From: Trichodelitschia bisporula
Lineage: Eukaryota
Direction of reading: 5' to 3'
DNA: 64,000 bases
Assembly (NCBI GenBank): GCA_010356995.1
Contig: ML996708.1
Location: 372,001 to 436,000, forward strand
In this document: positions 21,501 to 32,254 of the stretch, piece by piece
Numbering within the stretch: position 1 is the stretch's first letter
Layout: every line of letters begins with the position of its first letter
Program-made: the position numbers and the translations under genes
The notes under the pieces: model-generated
Seen by the model: the letters and a program-made list of their open reading frames with translations, nothing else
Database searches by the model: none
Told to the model about the DNA's origin: nothing

Positions 21501-24377
21501 ATCCAACTGGGGCCGGTGGAGGTGACTGAGGAAGACGGGGGGCTGCTCGGTTCGGGCTTCTGGCTGCTCGGCTCGGGCTTTTGGCTGTCCGACTCGGGAT
21601 TTTCGCCGCTCGGCTGGAACTGGGTTGGGGCAACGAAGGGGTTGGTACTGTAGTTAATCCAACCGCGACTATCGGGAGTAATCTCGGAAGTGAGTGCGTT
21701 ACTCGGCTGGGGCTGCTGGCTTCTTAGCTCGGGGGGGTTCGGAAGCAGCGGGTGCTGAGTTTCGGCACTGAGGGGGTTGGGGAAAATTAGGGAAGGAGGG
21801 CGATTCCTCAGCTGGGGCTTTTGGCTGCTCAACTCGGGCTTTTGGCTGCTCAACTCGGGCTTCTGGCTGCTCGACTGGGGCTGCTGGCTACTCGGTTGGG
21901 GCTGCTGGCTACTCGAATGAGGCGTCTGGCTGCTCGGCTCGGGGTTCTGGCTCCTCGGCTGGGGGTTCTGGCTACTCGGCTCGGTATTTTCGCTGCTCGG
22001 CTCGGGCTTTTGGCTGCTCGACCGGGGCTGCCGGTTCCTCATCCGGGGCTGCCGACTGCTGGGCTCGGATCGTGGGGTGTCGAACCGAGTGGGCTGTCTG
22101 CCAGACTCTCTAACTGGCGTTGGCCGATGCTGGGCGATTCCAGAAAGAGTATCAAGTTCCCGGGGTTCGCGGGGAGTCCCTCTCGGCGGGTGATCGTGAC
22201 GATCGGGCCGATCGCGCTGCCTGTCTACCCGGCTATACCGCGGGGGCTGTACTGAGGGCCACGCGGGGCTATTCTCATCCTGGGGCTGGAGGGGGGTTCC
22301 TCCTAGAGGGGGGTCGGAGGGCCCGGGTTGGAGGGGGGCCCCTCCTGGAAGGAAATCGGAGGGCCCGGGTTCCTGGACGCTCGTGTGGGGCCTTTGTCTA
22401 CTCGATGGGGGGAGCAGTGGGAGGGGGCTCCATCCTGGGACGATGATGGGGGTTTGTTGGTTACTCGACTGGTGCTGCTCGTTTAGTGTATCTTGAAGGC
22501 GCCACTCGGGGGGTTGGTAGGACCCCTGTGTGGGGGGTAGAATGGCGAGTCCGGTGGGCTCGTGGACGGACCAGCTAGAAGCTCCGCTGTTATTCTCGCT
22601 AGGCGACCCGCTGTGGGATTGTTGAATGCTCGGGGGAGTCCGAAGTCCCTGCACGAGGGCCCCGTAGTTCGACTGGCTAGGGGGCTGGTTGGTCCGTCCT
22701 GGGGGGTGGGATGGCGGGGGGACGAAGACGACGGGGCTGCGTTGCGAGACGGAGACGTCGGGGTTGCGTTGGGGAACGGAGACGTCGGGGTTGCTTTGGG
22801 GGACAGAGGAGTCGGGGTTGAGTTTGGGAACGGAGACGTCGGGGTTGTGTTGGGGGACGGAAACGTCGAAGTCGCGTTGTTGAGGGCGCTCGAGCAAGTC
22901 AAGGAGAGTATCCTGGGGGGGGGCGGAGCGGGGGGGGCCGTCGAGCGTCGGGGGTACTTCGCCGCTCGACTGGGGCTCTTGGTTGCCCACCGGGAGTTGT
23001 TGAGCACCGGGCGGAGTAGGCTGGTTTCCCGGCTGGTTTCCCGGTAGGTTGCCTGGCAGGCTGCCCAGCGGGCCACCTTGCCAGTACTCCCATTGGGCGG
23101 GCTGGTTGCCCGACTGGTCGGCCGGCCGATTGCCCATGTTGTGCAACGGGAGCGTCTCCGGGCGCGTGTCGGGGGGAATTGGGTAGGTGAAGGTGCGGGC
23201 AGCCTCCTTCGCATGGTTCCAAACACGGCGAGCCCGGCTGGCGGGTCGGGTGCCCGGCTGGCTGGTCGGCTGATTATCGAGCTCGATGCTCGACTGGGAT
23301 TGTGGAGTGCCGGTCTGGGTGGGCAGACTACTCGGCTGGCTATGCCTGTTACCCCTGGGGTGCATATACAGACGCGTCCCTGTGTAGACTTTATCGAGGT
23401 ACCGCCTGACGGTCCGCTTCACCCGCCGCAAGACGTGGGTAGCCCAGTGGACAGGTCCGGCCAAGGGGGTTTCCGTCTCAACGGTCTCGTTATCCGGCCG
23501 GTTTCCCGGCTCGTTGCCCGTCTGTGCGGACTGGTTACTCAACTGGTTGCCTGGCTGGGGCTGCTGGCTGCTCAGCTGAGGTTGTTGACTGCTCGCCAGG
23601 GGTTGCTGAGTGTCGGTCCGGAAGGGCTGGGTGCCTGTCGGAGCGGACCGGTTGCCCGTTTGGTTGGCCGGCTCTTTGCCCGGCTGGTCACCCGTCCGGT
23701 CACCCGTCTGACCACCCGTTTCCAATATGGGGCTCGTCTCCGACTCCAACCGATTGGGGTTTGCCCAGAAGCACCCACCGCTGCACCACGCGCGGAAGTG
23801 GTGCCAGTTCCTGTAAATGAGCCATAGGATGAAAATAAATATTGGAACAGCGGACCCTGCGGCCCCGGCTTGAAGACCTATTATGAAATCCGAATGACTG
23901 ATTGACTAGGGGTTATGGGCGAGAGATATAGAGAGGGGAGAGGAGGAGACGCACCTTGCCAGAGGGCTTATGGCCCGTGTCAACGGTTCCGTTGTTTGGC
24001 TGGGTGGGAGTTGGTGTAGGCCATACGGGTGTGAGGGTTACTGTGTGTGTGGGTGCACAGGAACCTGTGTGTATGTCCGAGCACGAGGACGGTCGTGAAA
24101 ATGTACGGGTAGTGGTGGTGGTGCCATCTGTGGTGCATAAGCAAGTATGTACTATGATGAGCGGGTTTAGATACGTACCTGTGTGCGGCCGGAAGAGCGT
24201 ACGGCACTGCAGTAGGACGCTGTCGGACTCGCAGTCATCGTCGCCGTAATCGCCCTTGTAGCGAGAGTGAAGCTCCCGGTCAATATGGCCGACGGCAGAC
24301 AGCCCGCGTGGTAGGTGGTTGAATGTGCGAGCATATGTTGATGGCGGGTAAGTGATGTTCGAACGTGTGACTGACAT
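18592..24377 (-). CDS. Very large (~1,900 aa) repeat-rich putative membrane protein of unknown family; exon 24377-23955, intron 23954-23906, exon 23905-18592 across a 50-N gap
   Basis: About 4 kb of stop-free frame before the gap and 1.27 kb after it, both carrying the same KAVAE repeat. A phase-0 GTGCGT..TAG intron links ORF 23913..24377 to an upstream extension of ORF 19685..23749 that contains IIGLQAGAAGSAVPIFIFILWLIYRNW. The 5' end and continuity through the gap are uncertain. Confidence 0.55.
19728..20005 (-). repeat. 15-bp tandem repeat (CCGCCTTCTCTGCCA on +) encoding (KAVAE)n, interrupted by an assembly gap
   Basis: About 9 units left and about 6 right of the N run. Confidence 0.92.
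19863..19912. other. Assembly gap (50 N)
   Basis: Run of N inside the 15-bp repeat array; true length unknown. Confidence 0.99.
21805..22070 (-). repeat. 21-bp tandem repeat encoding SSQKPEP/SSQQPQP heptads
   Basis: About 12 degenerate units (CTGGCTGCTCGGCTCGGGCTT-like on +); further copies near 21540-21600. Confidence 0.85.
22735..22880 (-). repeat. 27-bp tandem repeat encoding DVSVPQxNP, 5 units
   Basis: GGGAACGGAGACGTCGGGGTTG-like units at 27-bp period. Confidence 0.85.
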
Positions 24378-24648
24378 AGCGATAGCGACGTTGGGGGTAA
24401 TAGGTAGCAGAAAACAAAGTGATGGGAGTTGTGGTAGATGGGGAACACGAAGCGATGGGAGTTCAGGAAATGGGACGGTAAGGACAGAAGATATGGGCTT
24501 TATTTACCCCCAGATGCTAGGCCGCCTCGTGCTTGCTCGTTGATACCACACTCTACTGAGCAGTCTCATATCTGCTCGTTCGTTGATGCTGCACCGATGG
24601 GACATGCTTGCCGTTGGCAACGATGCGGGAAGTGAGGAAGGCGGGCAT

Positions 24649-24780
24649 GATGACTTCTTTGCGAGAGCAATTGGCGGCCGTGATGCCTTCTTCGTGGGAT
24701 CCATTGCCGGTGGTGACGGCCTCTTCGCGAGATGTACTGGTGATTGTGATGACTTCTTCACGAGAGACGTGGGAGTCGCC
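24649..24780. repeat. Degenerate 33-bp tandem repeat, 4 units
   Basis: Units start at 24649, 24682, 24715 and 24748 (GATGACTTCTTYRCGAGA-like core). Confidence 0.75.
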
Positions 24781-25475
24781 GCTGTCAATGATGATGTCGG
24801 GGTAGGAATGGCCGGTGCAGAAAGTGAAGCGACGGCCGGGAAGCAGGGGCAGCAAGGCAGGTGGTACGGCTCAGGGGGTCGATTTCGGAGTGCCCTATCT
24901 GCGAGGCGTCGGACGTCCTCGCGTGGAATCCAGATTAATGTGCATAGTAGGCTGAAAGCTGATTACTTAACGGTCTATCCTTACAGGGTGTTGTAACTCC
25001 TCGCATGACATCCAGAAAATCCCCGACGAACGATGCCTCCGGGCTGCATAAGGCCAGGTGCGGGAAATGGAAGCGGAGCCCTGGCAGTAGACTTACTACG
25101 GAACAAAACGTAGATGAGACTGAGAGTTGAATTCCCAGAGATTTATCCTCGAAGAGCGCATAACAAGGCTGAATGCGTCGATTCTCAACACTCTACCCCG
25201 TGAAAGACGTCGTATGTCCTCGCATACAGTCCCGATACCTCACCACGACATCGTCCATCCAACCTTTGCGGAATCCGTTGGTGGTGACCGCTGCCGACGA
25301 AGATGTCTGCGGACCGGGAAAGTCGAGCGCGGAACGTAAACGGCGGCCAGGCAGCGAGTGCGGTAATACGCGTAACAAGGTTGAGGGTATCCATTATCGG
25401 TGGTCTATCCGCCGGTGTCGTCCGTCCTCACACATAATTCCGTACCCCCTCATCATGATCTCGATCACTCCTCCA

Positions 25476-27317
25476 TCAAAACACCCCGCCTATATCCCCC
25501 CACTCCCACCAAGCACCATGCTCCTTGCCTCCCCTTCCTCGACTTCTATACCCACACCCTCTCCCATCATGTTCCCTCCTCCAAGCATTAACAACCCCCT
25601 CCTCGCCCACAATCCCACCATCCCCGGCGCCCTCATCCGGTTTGAGCCAATACTCAACCCCACTCCCCAAAACGCCAACATAATCACCCAACTTCGCCTC
25701 CCTCTCCCTCCCCTCCGTATCCGTAATAACGATCCTCACCGACCCCGGCCTCCTCCTAGCGTCATCGTGCCTCTTCCACGCGGCCCTCCGCGCCTTACCC
25801 AATACTCCCGCGCCCCACCCATCCATGTTACCACCCCACCCGCCCCCCCACGAGCTCCCATCCCCCGGCCGACAAACCCCCTGCAACGCCCCATCATCCC
25901 TAATCACCCTCAGTCTCCTTAGCGCCGGCAACCCCCCGCCCTTAATCGCCTTCACAAGCAGCGCATTCGCGCCGCCCCTTCCGACCGACAGCGGAGATCC
26001 CACGTCCCAATGCAAAAACGCAAGCCGGTCGTGCCGATACACCGGCCTGTTTGGGACTTCCGCCCCAAGCGGAAGCACCGGCGGCGCCTCCTGCACAAGC
26101 ACCAGCCTCTCCAAATTCGGCGCGGAGGCTAGCAGTGCTGCCAGCGTGGTGGCAGGGACGTCGAGCTCGATGAGTACGAGAGATGTGAGCTCGCCCAGCA
26201 GGTCTAAGCTCGCAATGCGAGAGAGGCCCGCAGGCGTGACGCCGGGAAGGTGCGCGAGGCGCAGGGAGGTTAGACCCTGCGGTAGAGCATGGATTATCTC
26301 ATCGTGCACGTGTGAAGCGGGGAGGTGCGCGAGACTGAGTTTCCGTAGACCGGAGAGAGACCTGAGGAGGGTCCAGAGTGCTCTGGGTGGGAGGGCGGGG
26401 GCGTCTGGCGCGACGGGGCCGGTTAGGAGAAGGGTGTGCAGGGCGGGCCAGGTTGGGAGCGTGGCTGGGCAGGAAAGGGCGGAGGCGGTCCATAGGATCG
26501 AAGTGAGCTGGGGTCGAGAGAGTAGGGCGGCGGTGAGGAGGTCGGAGGAGAAGGCTAGGTGTAGCCCGCTGAAGTGCTGGAGGGAGGAGAGGAGGGGTAT
26601 GATCGGGATTAGGGCGGAGAGGAGTCTTGTGCGAGTAGCGGGAGGGGAGATGGCGTATAGGGCGTGCAGGCCTGGGAGGTGGAGTTCGGTGACGTGCGCT
26701 GCGAGGCTCGGGGAGCTGGATAGGGTGCGGTGCAGGAGGAACAGCCGGCGAAGAGTGTGCTGCGCGGCTTTTGCGGGGTTGACCGGCGGCGGGAGGATAA
26801 GGATAGTATATAGTACTTCCTGCGCGACGCGCCGGAAGGGACGCGAGACAAGAGCGAGAGTGCTCAGGGCGTTGGCGTGGCAGGCGGGGCAGATGGAGCG
26901 GCCGCGCGGCACGAGCGCGGTGGCTATGCCGGTGTATATCGCGGGGGGGAGGTCGCGGAAGATGCGCGCTGGGAGGAGCTTTGGCTGCGGTTTGCTGCGC
27001 CGGCGCGAGCCGTCTCGTTCCCAGGGCGTGCGGATGAGGATCGGGATGGGCGAGAGCGGGGTTGCGGGCCGTGGAGTTGGAGTCAGGGCGGGGTGTTTCG
27101 GGTTCGGGGAGAGGAGGGTTAAGAGGCGGAGGCGTAGGGTTGGGGAGTCGGGAGCATGGCTGTGGTTGTGGTTAGATATGTGAGGCTCTGGGGGAGATCG
27201 TGAAGGCATTATAGGGGATGCGATGGGAGAACGGGTAACTTACCTCTCGTCATCCTCCTCGCCTTTCTCATTGAGCTCGACAGAGGCCGCCCGTTCTCCA
27301 AAGCAGCAGCACGACAT
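25476..27317 (-). CDS. F-box-like / RNI-type leucine-rich repeat protein; exons 27317-27244 and 27159-25476
   Basis: IFRDLPPAIYTGI..CPAC..LSTLALVSRPFRRVAQEVLY (F-box-like) followed by LxxLxL repeats. An 84-nt GTAAGT..CTAAC..CAG phase-2 intron joins exon MSCCCFGERAASVELNEKGEEDDE in frame. Confidence 0.75.
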
Positions 27318-29448
27318 GTCGTCCGACGATCCACAGCAGACACAGCGGGGGTCCACGATCTACAACATAAACAGCGGGCGCAAAACACAGATTCACACCA
27401 CAACGTCCAAAGCAGGCCAGCGCCTGGCATAAGTCTTACTGTAAGCCACCCTTCTTCCAGGCACCGCCAGCCCCTCAAAATAAAAGCCTCTCTTCGCTCC
27501 CGTGCGACGATCTGGGCGCCATGCCAGCGCTCCACAACGCCATCGTCGCCTATGGTCCAATCCCGCCGCGTTACCTGCCTTCCGGAAAGATATGTCCCAA
27601 GCCTGGACCTCAGCTCGAGCGCCCGACACGTCGGTGGCGCGGGACTTTCGCGAAGTCGATGCTCCGCGACATTGATACGCCTAGCGCGATGATGACGATA
27701 GTGGGGTGTCTAGGTTTAGCTGGCCGGCAAATCCATGCCCCCCGCATCGTCACAACGTCAAAAGACCAAACACTCCGGGCAGCATTGCATTGTTGTTGTC
27801 TGCAGTCGTCGTATGCTAAAAGGGGCACTCAGCGCAATGCGCCTCCCATTGCGGAGGTTTATTGGCCAGCTGGAAGGTTCTGGGGTTCAGTACCGGTGCC
27901 CGCTTCGGGATATCTCGATAAGCCACCCGCTTGGGTTTAGAACGGTGGCGTGCATGGCGTTTATTTTGACGACGGACGATTGCGCCACACGCATGACGCG
28001 AATGTCAATGTCAGTGAGGCTATTGAGACGGAAGACTTTTTGTGTCGATGTGGTTTGGTTGGCATTTGTTGGAGGAAGGTATCGATGCTGAGATTTGACC
28101 CGTTTCTGCAGAGTAATCTTCGTTGTTGTTGTTATCGCTTGCCTTGCTGTCGTCTCCACCGTAATGAGATACGATCGTCAGTGGCGTCAGAGACGCTAAT
28201 TCTCAGCCCGAATCGCATCGTCGGGTCTCGGCAGCGGAGAGAATGTCGATAGCCGCGCCCCGTAAACTCAACCACGTAAAGGTCTCCGATTTCCACTTCT
28301 CACAATCCTTTGTCTCCACCATCTCAACGGATGATTCTGGCCGTAGACTTGTATCCCAAGCTCTGAGTCTTTCTTCGAGGGCCCTCCACAGCCTATCGTC
28401 GCGTCTACTGTACCGGTACATCGCTTCATCGTGCCCCATTGGTGCGTACGCCGACCGTGGCTGGCTGCGACAACGCCGGTCCGCACGCTCAGACTGCACC
28501 CAAGATCTGAGACCAAGGCGGACGTGGACCCGATGCGGTAGAAGGCCGTGTTGATCGCGGGGAATTTGAGATGTTGGATGATCTGTTCGCTATGTGTGGG
28601 GGAAATGACGTGGGAGAGAAATACCGGCGGATGGTCTGCCGGCGCCGTCTCCGGTTTACCTCCAACATCCAAGTGCTGGGAACTGCTGTTATGGCTGTCT
28701 TCGAATCCGCGAAGCTGGTGTCAAGTCATTCACGTGCAGAGAATTTTGAAGCCGAGATCTCACCAGATACAGTATCTTCATTCCGGAGTCGAAGTTGGTG
28801 TCCATTACCCATAGGGCCCCATCAGACCCGTCCTTCGTACATCGGAAGGCGCAACCGCAGCGATGAATCGTCAACGAAGCGGCGGCGAGATGAGGCATTG
28901 CAGAGCCTTAACATACCAATTGATCTAGCGACACAATAACAGACAATGAGGTGCATCGAATTGTTCAACACCCACTCCCGCCCAAGAGGACAGAGCCAGC
29001 AGTCCCTTCTTACCATCGTTCCTTCCTGTATCCAAACGCCGTGATGATCACATCCCACAATTTCATATGAAAGGTACTGCCCGACCCCCCAAAAACCCCC
29101 ACGACGTCACCACAAGCATCACAAGCCTACTCGGCAAGTTCTTAAATGACCCATCAGCCCTACCCAAACAACCCATCCTCCTCGGCGCAAGGGAAACTCG
29201 CGTCCCCGCGTGCCCTTAATATGCCCTATAGTACCCCCGCGTCAGGCCACGGCTGAGCTGCGCCGAAAGTGCCATATACGAAGCGCGGAGCTGGGGCGGT
29301 ATATAGCGCGTGGGCCGCTGGGGGAGTCATTGCTAGCCACCCAGTTACCTCCATCTACCAAACTCGCTCATACTGCTACTGCTTCAGAAACGCTTCCCTC
29401 GTTCCCTCCGTTGCCTTTAAGGCCCTCAACAGCTTAACAGCTGCCACC

Positions 29449-29823
29449 ATGTTCCGCCCCCTCGCCAAACCCCTCCTGCACGCGCACCCACGGCCAGTGG
29501 CACACCCGCACACACGCACCCTCTGGAACGGGCTCACCTCGCCGTCCAGCTCCCACACCGCGCCACCAACGGTCGAGGCGCCAAAGACGGATCCAACACA
29601 AGATACAGCACAGAATCTGCTCACACAGCTGTTGACCGCGCGGCTGAACGATTCGGCGATGCAAAGCGAGCAGACGCTGGTGCAGCTTGCAACGGGAGAA
29701 AGGCTAGAGGCGCGGAGGGCAGTGGTTGTTAAGGTTATTGGGGGACGGGGCGAGGAGAGGGGGTTTGTTGTTGCGGTTGATGGGGAGGGAGGGAAGGGGG
29801 TTATGCGGACGAAGAGGTATTAA
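29449..29823 (+). CDS. Hypothetical protein (124 aa) with a mitochondrial-presequence-like N-terminus
   Basis: Strong GCCACCATG context, upstream TATATA near 29300, MFRPLAKPLLHAHPRP..RTLW N-terminus, C-to-G skew like neighbouring genes. Confidence 0.6.
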   Translation: MFRPLAKPLLHAHPRPVAHPHTRTLWNGLTSPSSSHTAPPTVEAPKTDPTQDTAQNLLTQLLTARLNDSAMQSEQTLVQLATGERLEARRAVVVKVIGGRGEERGFVVAVDGEGGKGVMRTKRY

Positions 29824-30203
29824 GGTATTGGGGAGGTGCTGAGGAGAGGGGGATAGGAAGGGGGATATGAAGCAAGGGATGGAGTTGGTGGAGTGAAGTA
29901 TCAGATATCCGCACTCAGTGATCAGATGTCGAATTCAATCGCGTAAATTGGAGAGGGCTGCCTCTCCTATGCTCATGCTGTACCGACCGTCACAACGGTA
30001 TTCCTCGAACGCCGACCCAAGTCATCGTGATATACACATGCTCCCAAGAGCGTATTTAGCCAGGCCAAAAACACCCTCGCCGGGCCGGGGGAGTCCATTT
30101 GGTCCTCTCAGTACGTGGTGCAGATGCAGTAAGTGCCCTAGACCACGTCCTGGGAATATCCGCTGGACCTTTCCCCAACGAGGGGTTTTCTTGCCCGGTA
30201 CAC

Positions 30204-31412
30204 TCAGATCAGAGCCAACCCATCCAAGTCCTGCAGCAAACGGCGTTCCTTTTCCGATATTGCAGGCCTGCCACTCGCCTCTGTCTCTGCCGCCTTCTCC
30301 TCTTTCACCTCTGGCAGTCCAAGCTCTTTCCGGAAATGCGTCTGAGCGAAGTCCAGCACAAACATAGCATCATCGTTGCGGCCCTCACTCAGCAAGCGAT
30401 GGGCGAGCCGAAGACACAGGGAAGTGTGAAGGTGCCACCGCCGCTGGGTATTCCTCGGCACACCAAATGCCTTGAGATATGCAAGGGACGGGTCGGATGA
30501 GGGTTTAGTGGGGTGGTAGAGCGACAGGACAGCTCGTCCCACACTCTTGAGTGGCAGTCGCGACTCCACTGCCTTGACAGCCGAATTGTAGAGATTCTCA
30601 GGCAGTGCGGCGGGTGGTGGGTTGAGGAGCAGGCGGTGGAGCAGGGGACTTGTGACCTTCTTGAGATCCTCTGGCAGACAGTCACGGACTGAGGCCTCAT
30701 GGAGAGTGGCCAGCATCCGTTCCAGTCCCCGGTCAAGGCTGTTCTCTGCCAGCAGAAAATATTCCAGCAGCCTCCCACGGCTCTGCTTGAACTCGAATAC
30801 GTTCGTCTCCGCAGTCTTTAACCAGTTCCAGATCAAGTCCCGCGAGTCTTCAGCAACGAGGCAGGTCATAAGCTGCCTCGCAAGTTTTTGTCCCCCCGGC
30901 AGTGGGAGTGTATCGCCAAGCCATTTGAGCATCTGTGTCGTAGGCTTCTTCTCTTTCCGCTCCTCTTCGCTCATGTTGCCGAGCTGGATATGCTTTGCGA
31001 ACAGATAGACCGTTTGCTCCGTGACCTTCCCGGTAACCAATTGCTCTGAAAACCATTGTAGCGGGCTCTCCCTGAGCAAACGCAGGCCGTCTACGGTGCT
31101 GGATTCCTGGGAGGGCGAGAGGGTTCTTGGCTTGTGTGCAAGCAGTGGATTTGAGAGCAGCGAGTTGAAGTGGTTGAGAGCGGACGCCTGCGAGCTGACA
31201 TGGAGTGGAGGCGGTGCAGAGCGCGATGTTCGTCTTGAAGCCTTCACATGGTCTTCGAGCGGAGCACCGATGGGATGGTGGCGATCCAATTGCTGTTGAA
31301 ATGAGGAGGTCAGCACCCCCAAGAGCTTCTGTGATTCGCGAGGATCGAGTGGCAATTGGAGGTGGATCTTGGAGGTGAGGGCGCGAAGGGCGGAGGATTT
31401 GGAGGACTGCAT
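30204..31412 (-). CDS. Conserved-type Pezizomycotina hypothetical protein, probably mitochondrial and alpha-helical (402 aa)
   Basis: Long intronless ORF; N-terminal LTSKIHLQLPLDPRESQKLLGVLTSSFQQQLDRHHP pattern recalled from fungal hypotheticals; ATCATG start. Confidence 0.75.
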   Translation of the reverse strand: MQSSKSSALRALTSKIHLQLPLDPRESQKLLGVLTSSFQQQLDRHHPIGAPLEDHVKASRRTSRSAPPPLHVSSQASALNHFNSLLSNPLLAHKPRTLSPSQESSTVDGLRLLRESPLQWFSEQLVTGKVTEQTVYLFAKHIQLGNMSEEERKEKKPTTQMLKWLGDTLPLPGGQKLARQLMTCLVAEDSRDLIWNWLKTAETNVFEFKQSRGRLLEYFLLAENSLDRGLERMLATLHEASVRDCLPEDLKKVTSPLLHRLLLNPPPAALPENLYNSAVKAVESRLPLKSVGRAVLSLYHPTKPSSDPSLAYLKAFGVPRNTQRRWHLHTSLCLRLAHRLLSEGRNDDAMFVLDFAQTHFRKELGLPEVKEEKAAETEASGRPAISEKERRLLQDLDGLALI

Positions 31413-32254
31413 GATAGAGGCTGGGAGGCAAGGGAGGAGTTGGAGGAAATTTTGGGCGTGAATGCAGTTGCCAGCGGCCAAGAGTACCTCCCGCGCTGTA
31501 CTGTGGTGATGGTACGTACTCTTCGTTGAGTGAATGAAATGGTGATGTCGTGAGTGAGTGGTTGGATGAACAAGCGTCTGGTGGTGAGAGGGGCATCGGA
31601 CGTGACTCGGGTCACATGCTTGGGTGCAGAAACGGAAAATAAGGCAACGAGGCAAAATATGCCTGCATAAATCACGTGAATATCCAAGTGAGGCTGGAGA
31701 TGTGGAAGATCTAGTGTCGCCAAGCAAAACTTGACTCGCTAAACCAAGAGCGGACGGAGGAGGCCAAGAGAATGAGGCGCAGACTTGGTCCTTCCCGCAG
31801 TCATGGACCAGTCAGCGAGGGGGGGAGAGTCTGTGAGTGGGCAAGTCAGTCAAGTGTCCGTCTGTGTTCCACCGCCAGGCCACCGTGACCGTGAACCGTG
31901 CCACCCTCCCCCGTTGTTCCCACCCACACAACCTCTTCCTCCTCCCTTCCCCCAACTTCTCCAAACCACCTTACAGCTTCTTCGCCTAACCTCCCTCCCA
32001 CTCCATCGTCAACTTTCGGCTTCATTGCACCGGCATTGACAGCCTGTCAACTCGTCGCTTTTCCCCGAAGAGTTTGCCCGTCTTGGCCGCTGGAGAACAA
32101 GCCCCCCAGTAAAAAGCACCCAACCTCTCTCGCGCACCCTTAGCAGCTTGTTCGTGTGAGACACCGCTCTTCATCTTGTCTTCACACAACCTTCCTCAAT
32201 TATCTCATCCTTCTCCTTTGCCGGGAGACTCCATCAACACACACATCTTCAGAC

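Noticed and set aside
25825..27183. 452-aa plus-strand ORF, and similar long antisense ORFs at 19767-21008, 54093-55181, 59828-60718 and 53-322
   Set aside because: Shadows of real genes on the opposite strand, produced by high GC and codon bias; no recognisable motifs.
27320..29440. Gene or structured ncRNA in the 2.1-kb intergenic region, including a possible hairpin at about 28570-28670
   Set aside because: Only short motif-less ORFs; the inverted repeats are 9-11 bp and expected by chance; no telomerase template, snRNA, SRP or RNase P/MRP signature recognised.
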